A stretch of DNA of 63,457 nucleotides, filler included, from Basidiobolus ranarum (taxonomy: Eukaryota): NCBI GenBank assembly GCA_040143965.1. It is 2 parts of 2 records of this genome, joined end to end, with 100 filler letters (N's around TTAATTAATTAA, not from the genome) between each part and the next. Parts side by side here need not be neighbours in the genome. Positions count along the whole stretch, not along the records: positions 31,894 to 63,457 come from JASJQH010006964.1; 1 more part is not named here. One strand, written 5' to 3'. The position numbers and the translations under genes are program-made. Under the pieces are notes generated by a model. That model worked only from the letters and a program-made list of their open reading frames with translations. It was not told where the DNA came from and did not search any database. This document shows, piece by piece, positions 49,619 to 63,303 of the stretch; the stretch's first letter is position 1, and every line of letters starts with the position of its first letter.

Positions 49619-52600
49619 TTATTGATATTCATACAGAACATTCCAATCATCTCGATATGAATACAACCAAGCGCATTTGTGTCCGTCATTCTCATACAAT
49701 CTTTCCATTGACTGTCTAACATTGTAGATGTAGTCACGATGATGTGGGGGGGTGATATCTAACACTATGGTACAAGTGAGAGAAGGTGCGAAGAGAATTC
49801 ATTCGTTAATATATGTAAATGGAGAAATATATATGTTAATTTTACCTTTACGGAAAGATTCATCGTCCATTATGTCACAATCCAGTATCTTTCTTAGAAT
49901 CTCTTCTGTGACATCCAATGCAAGAATTGGGGTACTACCATTTGCAATCCCAGTTGCAAATTGATTTACATTGTTTAACGCTATGATGTTCGGTTAATTC
50001 TCACGGATCACGTGACGTGCACCTTTTAAATTACTTTACCTTTGTCAATGATGAGTTGCTTCTGTTTATGCTTCATCTTACTTCTAGTCTGTGGTGTTAA
50101 GACCATAACATTGAATTCAATCTTATTATGAGATTCAGTCTGGGGATGGTTAGTACTACCATGTTCATGTCTAAAATTCACCGAGGCTAAACAGATAGTA
50201 AGGTTAAGGTTAGGGTTAGAGTTCAGGTGGAACTGGAGCTAATACTTATGCCAGAATGATTATGATGTAAACTAATCAAGATGATCTTATTACCAAATTC
50301 ATTTTGTATATTGGACGAAAGGTCGTGTTTACGGTATTTGGACCCTGACACTTGATAGTCAATTCTAAGCTGATCGGCAATTTCTGCGTTTAACCAATTA
50401 CAAAGCTCATTTTTGGGCACTAGAGGTGGGCAGGGCAAGGGTAGAGTAGGGTGAGGTGAGGTGAGGTGGATAGATAGATAGTTTACCAGACTGTATGTAT
50501 TCAATGAATGATAGATTCTGTAAATGCTTACCTTCAGTTTCGATTCTTCGTAAGATATTTTTCACCTTCACTGTTCCGGAATCTCTCACACCAGATTTGG
50601 TTTCTTGACTGCGATGTCTTACTATGACGATCCAATTGATACCTTGGTATTTGCATACCTTAACCAACTGTTCTGGTGTCAAATTACTGTCATCTTCATA
50701 AAGAAAGTCTGATCGAATGTTATGTGCCCATAATTCTCGAACGATTTCGATTCTCTCTTGAAGAAGGATTTTACCAAAGGAGGCGACAAACACGTCACAC
50801 TTGGTTGTTAACGAGTTAGTATAATTCTGGGCGCATGTGATGACTAAAGGCACATTGTACCTTTTTCGGAGCCCACAGGCCAAAACTACGATCCTCCTCG
50901 TGGGTCTTGGACATGAGTGATTTGATTATCTGTGTTTGATATTGAGACATGGACAATATGATCTTTTGTAAAGCAATATTAACACCAACGGCGTAGACTT
51001 TCTTCAACGACTTTTCAGAGTTTGGATGCTGGAAATTTTCGATTAACGCATCGTACCTATAAAGTATACTATCAATGAAATCACTCAAGAGAGTATGTAT
51101 GTAGTTCTAGGGGAATCCAACCTTCCACCTCCGGCTATGACTTCTTTTTGGTTACTTTCCTGTGTAGCTTGAAAGATGAACCCATTCTTGTAATAATGAT
51201 GATTATATCTAAATTGAGATGTTTTCTTGAGTTAAGAAGAGAGTGGATGTGGTTGAGAATAGATTTCTATAGCATTACGTCAAGAAGGGGTAGAATATAA
51301 TCTTTCGTCGGAGACCAAAGTTTTTGGCCAGCTTTATCAATATTCGCAGATCATCAACACCATCTCTCATGAGTTTTCGAGTTGCTTCTGAAGTGATCAG
51401 TTCCTCTAATTTCCTGACTACTGACTCGAATTCGCCTGGTGAATTTGGGATATGATTTAGTGACAACTCACAGATAACCGAATTTGAGCTACCAAATGAA
51501 TGAACAAACCTCTGATATTAAAGAGCTCCAAGTTATCGAGAGAATCCTTCGAGAGTTGATACTGTGTGGCGAATTGTGTTCTTAAATGTGGAGGTATTGG
51601 TGATTTGCCTAATTGACCAAGTAAGTTCGATATGGATCGTCTATCTTTGACCGGAATACGACAATGATCAAACATCGCTTGGATCACATTTCCATGGTTG
51701 ATTAAAAAGCAGTGTGGCACATTACGGAATGATGGAAACTCATCCAAGATCTCATCCACTAATTTCAGAACCTCCGCATCTGGGACCATGTTTGTAGGTG
51801 TAGTGTGTACAATATCAAAGTCTACTTCATGGACTGTTTTAGGCTGACCACCAACGATATTCTCCCTAGCAGTGATGATGTATACGACTTAGACTTGGAA
51901 TAGTAACATCAATATTTGGCGATTGGATGAACAAGACCTACCTGTAAACCTTGTCAAAAGTATATCTTTTCAATTGGGTGATGTTGTTTCGTGAAATATA
52001 TCGAGCAAATGGAACTGTTAAATCAAAAGGAAGCTGTGGATTGGTGTTTAGTAAGCATGCCAACTCCAACGAATGAACCGAGTTATTCTACCTGAACTAT
52101 ACCTCCGGTCGCATCAAGTAGATGAACCGGTTTTTGTGAACTATCGTAGATATCGGACTTGGGCATTAAAAGCGGGGTGCCCAGTTCAATGGCAGCATGT
52201 AGATTGAATATACGGATAAGTCGATCGTGTACTTTAGCATAGAAAAGCGCATTGTGCTGATCAAATGTGTTGTTTTTCTGAAAGCAAGTCGTATATTATG
52301 AATATCAAGGTATAGGATAGATACAAGTTAGGATTGATCAAATTACCGAGTTGAAATCGTAGGTGAAATCTTTATGCTTATCCGGCTCTTGGCCAAACAA
52401 AGAGCCCATGAGTCGATGATAAAAAGGGGTGTTGGGGTTTCCTATATATTGCAAGGGTTTACAGGGTATTCTCAACATTTCTTGAACAGTAAAAGTGACT
52501 TACCAATAGTTCTAAGACACTCCTCAATATAGTCATCCTCCTGGTATAAAGAAAGACTGTTAGTGCTCCACAATGCCAATATGATAATAATCAAATGCAA

Positions 52601-55600
52601 ACCATCTTTGGAGGTAACCATTCACTTCGTAAAAGCTCGAGACTTGTCGGTCGATCTTTCGAGTTATGTGATAGCAACCAACGGATGATATTTGCTTGAT
52701 TTTTCATCGTATCAATTGGAAATTGGGTAGGAAAGACAATGTCCACTGAGCGTATATCTCCAAGAGCCTGATAGGGATTTGGTTAGACCAGATGAATCGA
52801 ACCAAAGTTGCTTCAAAAGAGTATCTTACTATCGCACGTTCCATTCCAGTTGAAAAAGGACAACACATCTCGAAAAAAATCACACCTTCAGGAAATATTA
52901 ATTATACTAGTAGCCAAGTAGAATAATATTAAACATCCCTACCAAGCGAATATATATCCACTGGAATAGAAAGAAGGTTAGGTAAGATGGATAGATGTAA
53001 ACCAACATGTCAAGATATTTACCTTTTTGCGTATATCTTGAGCCATATTTGCTCTTATCGGCAATTTCTGGAGCAACATAGAATGTGGTTCCAACCCCTG
53101 AAAAATATGAGATGATTGAGAAAGAGTTGTCAAGTGACGGGACTAAAAAAGATTTAGATACCAGAAGTCATAGAATCTTCATAAGCACCGTCGTAGCTAA
53201 CTTGTTTGGAAGCATTTACATCCATCAGAGCGTAGCTGGATGTGGCTAAACCAAAGTCACCAATCTATAGAGGGGTTAACCAAGTAAGGTTAGGGCTATG
53301 ATTGTTTTCAAAGAAAGCAAATAAACTATACTTTAATATCACCGTTGGAATCCAAGAAAATATTGTTAGGCTTCAGATCTCGATGAATCTGTAGGAATTG
53401 AGGAACAGCTTAGAAGTTGTTGCTGTTAAATAACTAATTTCATTGCAATTCTTACCATTTTCTACCAGAAAGAATTGTCAGCTTAAGTGAAAGTTTGGTT
53501 AGTCTGAAGTTTTCAGTAATACCTGACTATGAACGTGAACTAAATGAAGATTTTAATGTTAATTACTGCCAAAGCAATATTGGAAAGAAAATGAATATTA
53601 TACCTAAGCCTTCAACAATCTGACGGAATAGCCTTTAGAGAATGGCAAGGATATATGTGAGTGATTTGATAAGACCGCTAAGGATAATGAATGTAATGAA
53701 GTAATATACTGAAAAACCAACCTCCAAGCTTCATCCACTGCAATTCCTTCATCAATCACATCTCTAATTATCATCATATTTGGTTACGAGATGGAATGTT
53801 GCCAAGAATCAAAGCTACGTACCTTAATGTTTTCTTCTCACAAAACTCCATTTGTATGTACAAAATTCTATATGATTCGGGTGGATTAGGCGGTCTTTTG
53901 AAGTTGACATTCATGTTAGAGCTAGTATCTGGTGAAAGACCATCATCACTTTCATCTTCGGAGGTGAGAAAAGGAGAACTGCGTTTACTTCCAAAATGAA
54001 TGTTCGAGTAGCTACGACTCAAGTTATTCTTTCCATCAGTGCTTAAGAAATCGGATTGAAAATCGATGGCACTAATATCATCTTCGTCGTTACTTTTTTC
54101 CAAGTCGGAACCTTCGGAAGAATAATCACTGTTCGATTCGCTGTCCATCCAGGCACCATCGGCATCTAGTAAAGTAATCACAGTTGACAAAGGCTTCTTG
54201 GTTAATGAGATGGTTAAAAGCGGTACCTTCGAGCCATGTAGTGAAATATCGGACAACATATTGATGGTGCAGTCGCGATAATGTAGTCACCTCTCGTAAA
54301 ATCTTGCGATTGTTATCGATGTCTCTTGGATTTAATTTGATCTTCTTGATCTGCATTGTATTAAAAAGAAGTTAGGTAAAGCTACAAGTGAGTTAGCTTA
54401 AGATGGCAAAGTACCGCATAGTGTCTATCAATAAATAGAGTTAGTAAGCAATGGTTTTATCACACTTAGAATCAAAATATCAATCTACCTTCCGTCCAGT
54501 TTGTTTCGCGCTTTAACCACTTCGCCAAATCCTCCTAAAATCCAGATTAAATGTATGAAGATATGACGGAGACTCTCACCACATAAAAAAAATATACCTT
54601 TCCCCAAAAATTCTATCTCTTCGAAATCTGACTTATATCGAGAAAATCCTACACTACCAAAAGAGTTCAATGGACTCTTCAGAGGAGATAAAGGCGAGTC
54701 AAGACTTAAAGCAGGATGCAGAAATGCATTGGAAAAGTTCAAATCTCCGGCGACGTCATGGACACCCTTAGAGATGCTTACTGGAGACTTCATTTTTGCT
54801 ATTGAAAATGTTAAGATAAGCAAGACCAATGAGTAAATAAATCAACGTACTATTCAGCATGAAGGTGATGGGATGCACATTGTTATCCTCTTCAATCAAG
54901 AATGGATGCTCTAACAATTCCAAGGCCGCTGGACGGAGTTTAGGGTCTCTAGATTGAAAGAAAACATTGAATTTCTAATGTGAGATTACCAATAATCTGG
55001 ACTTGAAATGCTTACTTAGAAAGTATCTTGCTCAATATATCGCGCAATGAGTCAGGTATCTCGGTTGTTGCTTGTTAAGATATAGCTAGTTAGTTAAATG
55101 GTCGCTTTCAGCGAGTGTTTCAAAATATAGAATGCAAATTACAGGCTTCAAAAAGCTGTTCAATATCCGGGTACTTGGTCGTTATCTGACTACCCCAAAT
55201 CATTTCTACCATAGCTACCCCCAAAGACCAAATATCGGTTTTCCTAAAATTCATAAAAATGTTAGGAATGCCATCCAACATGTAGAGAATCAACCTGGTG
55301 AGTTGATAAATACCTTCCGAACAAATCAGGTCTAGAGACAATCTCGGGTGCAGGCCTACATTAATAGATGTTTTACGTCAGTTGTATGTAACGAAGGGTA
55401 AAAAATCCACAAAACGTACCAACTAGATGTGGCGTCATCAGAGAACATCGGAGACAAAGGGCATATTTGATCCAGGTCTGTTGTGAGAGAGTTAGAATAA
55501 GTATTCATGCTCAGTGCAGTTTAAGTGAAGCCGACGTAGAGCGCATCTATATTTACCTAGTAGTCGTCGAGCATAGCTAACATTACATAATTTCACAATC

Positions 55601-57359
55601 TTTGTTTTTTGAATATCTTCGGTACAGTAGATATTTGCAGTTTTTACATCTAGCAACAGAGTTGACAATTAGATATCTTAGAAACACCAAAGACAATCCA
55701 CAAACACTTCAATACTACCTCTATGAACAAAGCCATTCGCATGTATATATATCAATGAATACAAGAGCTGTTTGCTATATTTCCTCACAAGTGACAGTTG
55801 AATTGTGCCGCATTTTTCAAGTAGATCCTGCAAGGTTTCTCCAGCAACGTATTCAGACAACACATACAGCTTCCAACCAGCTTCAACCATCTCTAATTTA
55901 GCTCCAAATATGCTAACCATATGATTGTTTCGAAGACCCTTTAATTTGTCCAGTTCCTTCTTCACTTGTTGCAGCTTAGGTAAAGTGATAAGTTAAGTGA
56001 ACTTGAGTAAAAATTCGACATAAATTACCTTTCCAATTCCAGTGTTACTTTGATAATAAGGTGCTGTGATCTCTAATTCTTTCAAACAAAGTACATCATT
56101 GTCTCGATAGCCCGCTTTTGTCAAATAATCAGTAGGCTTCACTAAGTGTAAGACTCCAACTGAATCTATATTACAACAATGCATAATAAGTCAAGGGGCA
56201 CATACTTCTAACCAGTCATTACTAGCCTAACCTTGCCCAAGCTTATGATATATGATGACGGATTGAAAGGTAGCATTCTAATTTGACACCAACAACATTG
56301 GTAAGATTATTGATCCTACAATGAGTAACATGAAGGCACAACTAACCTGCGAGTTTTCGGGGTCAAGAACAATGGGCTCGTCGAATGATACTTTGAGGAA
56401 ATCCAAATCTTCTGGGGCAACTGTATCTCTCATGTTTTTTACTTTCAGTTCTTTTCGTCGTTGTCGCTCTTCTTTGATTTTCTCTTCTTTTCTTTGTATA
56501 TCCTCTTGAATTTTTTTGGTCAAGCTTAGTTGCTCGTTCATTTTTATTTCTTCCTGGATCTGCTCAAGTCGACTTTGCTCAATCTGAGCTTTCTCTTGCT
56601 CCTCCTATAAATATTTTCAATATTAACATATGTACTTGAGGTGTTCGAAATGTGTGAATTGGAATGAAAACCTTTGTAGTCAATTCTAATCTATTCAACA
56701 TTTGATCATGAAAGGATATAGTCGGTGTCATGGCGGAATTATTAGTAGTAATGAAGTCTTGTACCAAATTTGCAATCTCATATGTCATTTCCTGCCCTAT
56801 TAATGTGGCTGCAAAAGCTTTCATTTGCTTAGTCAACTCTTGTATTTGTGCTAGGGAGAGCCCTTTCCACTTTTCTAGTCTTAATTCCGGTAGCGTTGTA
56901 GGATAATTTTTTCCAAACCTTCGAGAAACCGAAGGTAGTTTTAGTAAGAGAAGCAGTGGGAATTTAAGCTGCTTGTATGGAGGGTTTATTGTTGAAAACA
57001 AGAGGATACGCAAAAGTTGGCTTAAATCTTACCTGACATATAAATCCACGGTCACTATATCTTTCAATTCATCGCCATGAGGGACCAAATGCAATCTGAA
57101 CTCGTGGGCGGTAGGTAATATCTAGTTTGAGGAATGAAGTAAGGAATAATACGACTTGTAGAAAGGAGACAGAATTTTCATTACATTCCAGGCAGAAGTG
57201 ACATTGATGGTTTCAAAATCGCTCTATATAATTTTGAATGAGATTTAGCTCGTAGACCATGAAGCAGTTCAATTTAGATTCTATATCGCGCTTGTGGTAT
57301 ACCATAAATATAGCCTTCAACGCTTCAAGCTCATTTTCTTGTATTTCTGAGTTGTCCAT
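49619..57359 (-). CDS. GCN2: eIF2-alpha kinase GCN2 (RWD, pseudokinase, kinase, HisRS-like and C-terminal domains); about 40 introns
   Basis: [12 protein letters not shown] (RWD), [108 protein letters not shown]. Confidence 0.96.
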
Positions 57360-58045
57360 TATAGAATGAACATTAGCTACGACGTAAATTTTGGTTTGTA
57401 AATTAAAGTTGGATTTTCTCCAACGATGACATATCCAATTCTTTGAATTAACTATCAATTGATTGATTTAATGCCTAGAATAACTTGGACAAAATCCAAA
57501 ATTGACAGAAACTATTGCTTGATTTGTCTCTTAGCATCGATCACGTTATCTAAAGTGAGCATAGAGACACGTTTGCCATAACACTCTCCTTTATCACGAT
57601 CTTTTATATTAATAAAAGCAAAAGAGGTCAGCGATAAACAAACCCGCTAATAACCTCAACTATCTTGAAATGTAGATTTACGGATGTTTGTACACGCTCT
57701 CCCACCCTTGCGTGGGAACGCTTGGAAGATGAAAAGGCAACCCGATCCACATTAAAGTTCAGTAATTGATCAAATGCTCAAGTTCACGTCATTGAATATC
57801 TCTATATTTATATGCGAAGAAATATACAGTTGTTTGAGACATTTATGATTGTAAGCCAGAAGAGGGCCTAGCAGTCGGTGGGAAAATTAACAATGAGGTG
57901 AGAAAATTGTACTGATCTGCCGACGTCAAAGCTATAAATTATTTAGATATCTTGTCTCAAATAATTGAATCATCTTCTGTTCAAAAATTAGGAATTTCAC
58001 TAGATTTCTTAGAATCTATTGACTGTTATACACTCCAACCTATCC

Positions 58046-59859
58046 ATGACCTTGAACATACAAGCACGTTTGGAGAGTCTGGCCAAAGAGGCCAATATTG
58101 ACCTTTTGAGCTCTGAGTTTGCTCATTATATGGATAAGCAAGATAAACTTGCCAACTTGCGCCAAGAATTTTACATCCCTACTGTACAGGATGTTTTACC
58201 TGAAAGTGAACGTATGTATATTCAATAACTAGAGTACTCGACTAACTGAGGCTTTTGTGTAGTTTAATTTACTTATATTTCTGCTCGTGTACCTTAGAAA
58301 AGCCACTTGGTCCATATAAAGCTGAAGAGGAGTGCATCTACTTGTGTGGAAATTCTTTGGGTCTATTGCCGAAGAAGTCTAAACAATATGTTGAAGAAGA
58401 ACTCGACGTTTGGGCGCATAGGTATATGATACTTAGTAGTTCTTAGTATTTCATATATTAACCGACCTATTATGTTCGTCTTAGTGGCGTTCATGCTCAT
58501 CATAAGCATAAGCATGGCAGACCTTGGGTTTCTATCGACGAGAAAGTTGTTGAATTGAGTGCTAAAGTTGTGGGTAAGTCTTCCTCCCGTTACAAAAAAA
58601 ATCTTATAACATTTAAACTTATTCATTATTTATATAGGGGCGAAACCTATTGAAGTGGCTAGTATGGCAACTCTTACCTCTAATCTCCATTTTCTACTAT
58701 CGGCCTTCTATAAACCTACCGAGAAAAGACACAAAATACTCATGGAGTACAGAGCCTTTCCCTCTGACCATGTAGGCATTCATATTATTAATTTTTGTTT
58801 GGTTCAAGATTCTAAAAGGATCATAGTACGCAATTGAATCCCAGATAAGACACCATGGATTCAACCCTGAAAGCAGTTTAGTTACCGTTGCCCCTCGTAA
58901 AGATGAATATATGATATATACCGAAGATATTTTGGAAACCATTGAAAAGGAGGGCGACTCTATTGCAATCGTTTTATTCAGTGGTATTCAATACTACACA
59001 GGCCAATTCTTCGACATGGAAAGAATCACTAAAGCAGCTCACGATAAGGTACATTCTATGTTGTACACTTTGCATTTAATGCACCATGTTAATATTTTAG
59101 AACGGCAGGGATGTCTCGCTGGCTTTGACTTGGCCCACGCTGCAGGAAATCTTCCGTTGCAACTTCATGATTGGAATGTCGACTTTGCCTGTTGGTGTAC
59201 CTATAAATATCTCAACTCGGGTCCTGGTGGTATAGGTGGCTTGTTTGTTCATGAGAAATACGCCTACGATTTTGATAGACCTCGGTAATAATGATTTTTT
59301 ATCGAGCTTTTATTCCTTTCGAGTACTGACAGTAACTGCGATTTCAGCTTTAGTGGATGGTGGGGACACAATAAGAGCACCAGATTCCAGATGAATAATG
59401 GTATGTCCAATTCGATGTTTTGTTAACACACTATCTTAACTCGACACACTTCCAGTAAGCGATCCTCTTCCTGGTGCCGCTGGTTTCCAAATGTCCAACC
59501 CCTCAGTGTTGACAACGGTTTCTCTACTCGGAAGTTTAGAGATCTTCGAGCAAGCTTCAATGCAGGAGTTGCGGGAGAAATCCTTATTACTTACTGGGTA
59601 TCTGGAATATCTTCTTGATAATCTATTTGATGCATCTTCCTTTACCGTCATGACCCCACGTAATCCCGAGCAACGTGGGTGTCAGCTCTCCTTTTTGTTC
59701 GGAGAAAACGTGAAGCAAGTATATCATCAACTTAGCTCATCAGGGGTGGTATGTGATGTACGTGAGCCAAATAGCATCCGCATTGCCCCAGTGCCACTTT
59801 ACAATTCCTTTTTGGATGTGTACAAATTCATCGATTTGCTGAAATCTATTAAGCAGTAG
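58046..59859 (+). CDS. BNA5: Kynureninase (PLP-dependent); multi-exon
   Basis: [71 protein letters not shown] (PLP lysine), [23 protein letters not shown]. Confidence 0.96.
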
Positions 59860-60401
59860 CAGTCAAGAGAAGTGGCTGGGGTGAAATAGGAGTGCAGGCA
59901 TTAAGTCAATAAACTATACCCACACATAAGTCACGGGCATTGATGATTATTATACTGAGTCTGAACCATAGGGGTCAGTGATGGTCACATTAGCCACAAA
60001 TTGTTTTTATTCTTGGGGCTCATTGGGAGTGTTGATACGATGAAGTATCGCCCTTCATCCATTAACCATTAAAGGCTTGATTAGCCTCAAGGCTCAACAG
60101 ATTCTCACCAAGGATGATCATACATCATAGACGTCAAAGCGCTTTCCATTTAATTTAATAGCAAACATTTGATTATGTTGATCTGTTCGAGACTTTAGCT
60201 GGCTCCGATCATTACCCAACTTCTAGTTCATTTCCTTTCAATATTCCTTTTTGGGTGAAGCATTTTACGCACAGAGATATATCCCTGATTTCAAATGCCT
60301 TATAAACAAGACCCACGGTCAATATTTGGACAAGTGACCGTTACAGCTTTCAACCAATTTACGCATTTTGATTTCTTGGTGGATAACAATAGCACACTCT
60401 T

Positions 60402-63303
60402 ATGAATCCTAAGGTTACTGAGCTAGTTAACTCTATACAGAGGCATATAGTGGATGGTGTTTTTCCATTAGCCATTAGTGAAGTAGAGCGGGGTCTAAGC
60501 GAGTTTCCAAGCTCAGTGGAATTACAAGTATTATCTGAACTGCACCACTATCTACCTTTTATAATTATTAACCTTAGAATAGCTTTTACGCCATAGAGTG
60601 GCCGTTCGGCAAAAAAGATTTACAGCTGCCGCCACCTATTTTAACGAAATGTTTGTAGCAATTCTTCCAAACCACTGATACTTTTCTATTCTCATTTTAA
60701 CTTTCTCAAAGTCAAAGACAGTTTCCTTCCCACGAGCTTTTTGGTAATTATCTTCAAGAGGTTGGGAATTCGGTTCTACAGGAATGTCAAAATGAACATC
60801 TTGGTGAGTTAACCTTCGTTGGTGTTGATTAAAAGTTGAAAGCTTATTCTCCTTAATTTTTTGACTCATAAAATAGTTTTCTATCGGAACGCTCCAAAGT
60901 CTACTCAGAAACAACTTTTGATTAGTGCAGCAGGTAGTAGAAAAATTTGAAGATAGATATTCCAGCCCACAGATATCTAATCTCAAGCTGCTCATTGTTT
61001 TGTTGTAGCCTCTTTTGAACGTTCTGGAGAGTATCTGTCGGCTTGTAAATTACAATCAACTTTGTTGGGCCAGTTCCCTGAATTAATACCAAGCTATGGG
61101 GTAAGTGTAACTTAATTCTCTCATTTCATATACATACTGGATTCTAATCAAATTGTTTTTACAACGATGAAGCCGCAAACTGTTAATTTAGCTCTCGAAG
61201 GAGAAAAAAGAAATGAGCCTTTACCTATAGTGAATGGATTTCGGAGTGTAGTCGGTAGGGGTTTTTATCATACATTCGAGGTTATAGTTGATTCCCTAAC
61301 TAATGTTAATCATGCTAGTGAACTCAATCATCCCGACCATATTCAAGAAGAAGGTTATAATCAGAGAATTTGGTACCAATGATAGCCAAGGCAACGAGAG
61401 TACCGAGTCTCTTTATATCTACAGAGAGCAATTTGATTCATGGCTTGAGATAGTACAGGGATATTGTCTCTCTAATATCGAATTTTCCAAGCTTCACGAG
61501 CTCTTTTTGTTAATGGTCAAACAATGCAGCCTACTTGACAATGGCAGGTTAGTGAAGTTCATTTACTCACTCCCAGAAGGAAGCTAAGATTGTATTGATC
61601 TCATCATAGCGACGATCCAAACCTCTCTACCCCAGATAGATTTCTCGGTTTCTTGAATGGCTATCCTGATGCTTTGGCATCGGAACTTCAAATTCGATTT
61701 CTCATTAGCTACTTTGCCCATTTGGCTGTGAACTATTATCAAGTTAGCTCCGATCGATCTAAAACAAATGAAGAATCAGGTACTGTTCATTCAATGTAAT
61801 GCTTATATAGCAGTCCCTTAGTCCTAAGTGTGCATATTTTTTCTAGCTTCAATAATGATTCCTTTAGTCCCAATCACTAGTTTTGGCGCGGAGAAAATTC
61901 TCAAACGTTCAAAAATAGAGGGCTCTCCGATATCGAGCACTCATGCAGGCGTAGGCAAGCTAAAGCCTGGGAATCGAACTGGTAATGTTTTTCCTGCTTA
62001 TATGATTTTTTACGTGAATCTAACCTGGTGAGCATTAGATACACAGACTTACGAGTTGCTCAAGCTCTTGATGTCCGTGTATAAGAGAGGAAAACATGAA
62101 ACGAATAGATTTGAAGAAGGTATGCTTTACTTTGCAAAATCAACATTTAGAAATATCCCGCTTACATGTTTATTTTATAGTACTGGAAAATACTTTATCT
62201 CACCTGAAAGTCCCGTTCGTGGTAGAAAACGCGGTTTTGTACGCAAGAGCAGATATTGCAATATTCGATGTACGTATAGCCTCGTCTCAATTAAAAATCA
62301 TAACTCACATTTCTTTTGTCGGGTTCTAGGGCCTAACATCCGAGGCTATTCCTCTGTATCGAGAATTAAGTTCCAGACTGAAGGAGGCTTGGCAAACACA
62401 ACAGTACATTATGAATAAAGTGAATTCTACGCAGAGTGCGGATCATGACATAATATTAGCGCTGAATAAAATTGATATGAGTATGTTAAAATCCCGGTGG
62501 TCGCCTATATTCCCATTTCGCTTGATCTTCTCCATCGGTTTGTGTAATCTTATGGAAGAAAGCTACAACGTATGTTATTCGTAAATCACGTCCCGTACAC
62601 TAGGTGACTCTAACATAGTCATATAGGAAGCAATTACCGAGTTCTTCGCTATTGTTGGAGCAATGCCATTCAAGTCATTAGATCGCCCCGTAAATCTGGA
62701 ACACAAAAGACCCGGCTTGGAATCTTTAGTTCCGGAAGCTTTGGCCACGGTGTGCTTAGAGTACATTGCCACAGGAATTGAGGTGAAATGACACAGTATG
62801 ATGTGGAATATTATTATTACTGTGATTGAAGCTAAACCTGTTAATCTAGCAAGAAATCTATCAACAGGGACCCCGAGATGCCACTATTGGCTGCTGGATG
62901 GTGATAAATCAATTCCTAACCGTCGATCGAAATCACAAAATAGACAAAGCCTTTGAGATGATTCTACAACGTGGCCACTTTGAATTTCCAGATTTTTTCC
63001 GGTATATCTTTGGTAGTCCAGACGAATCCACATAATGCATCCATTGGCGAATGAAAGACCACTAATAAGCTTTGACATATTTTAGATTCTGATACTTTAC
63101 GCATGATTTCCCAGTTGAGTTCCAAGGTGGATTTGAAGCTTGGGGGGAAGTTTGGTGAGCAAGAGTTAAGGCCCATGCTGAATGCCCACATGAATGACAT
63201 ACAAAATCTTCAAAATAACTGGAGACATATATTGGTTGAATACTCTCGGACCTACTATCGATTCTTGGTGAACGCCAGTGGCATTGCCCCAAGCTTCATC
63301 TGA
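60402..63303 (+). CDS. INTS10: Integrator complex subunit 10 orthologue; roughly 14 exons
   Basis: Manually spliced exons are collinear with remembered animal INTS10: LLGQFPELIPSYG ~ LLRRFPETVVQHG; PIVNGFRSVVVNSIIPTI ~ SPVNCFRKLFVCDVLPLI; ILQRGHFEFPDFFRYI ~ ICQQGNFQYENFFNYV; DATIGCWMVI ~ DMALGHVIVL. One splice junction near 62400-62480 is ambiguous. Confidence 0.78.

Noticed and set aside
50200-50225. Telomere-like TTAGGG repeats (also CCTAACCCTAACCC at ~46763)
   Set aside because: Only 2-3 imperfect units. The GCN2 copy is best explained as reiterated CTAAC branch-point sequence in an intron.
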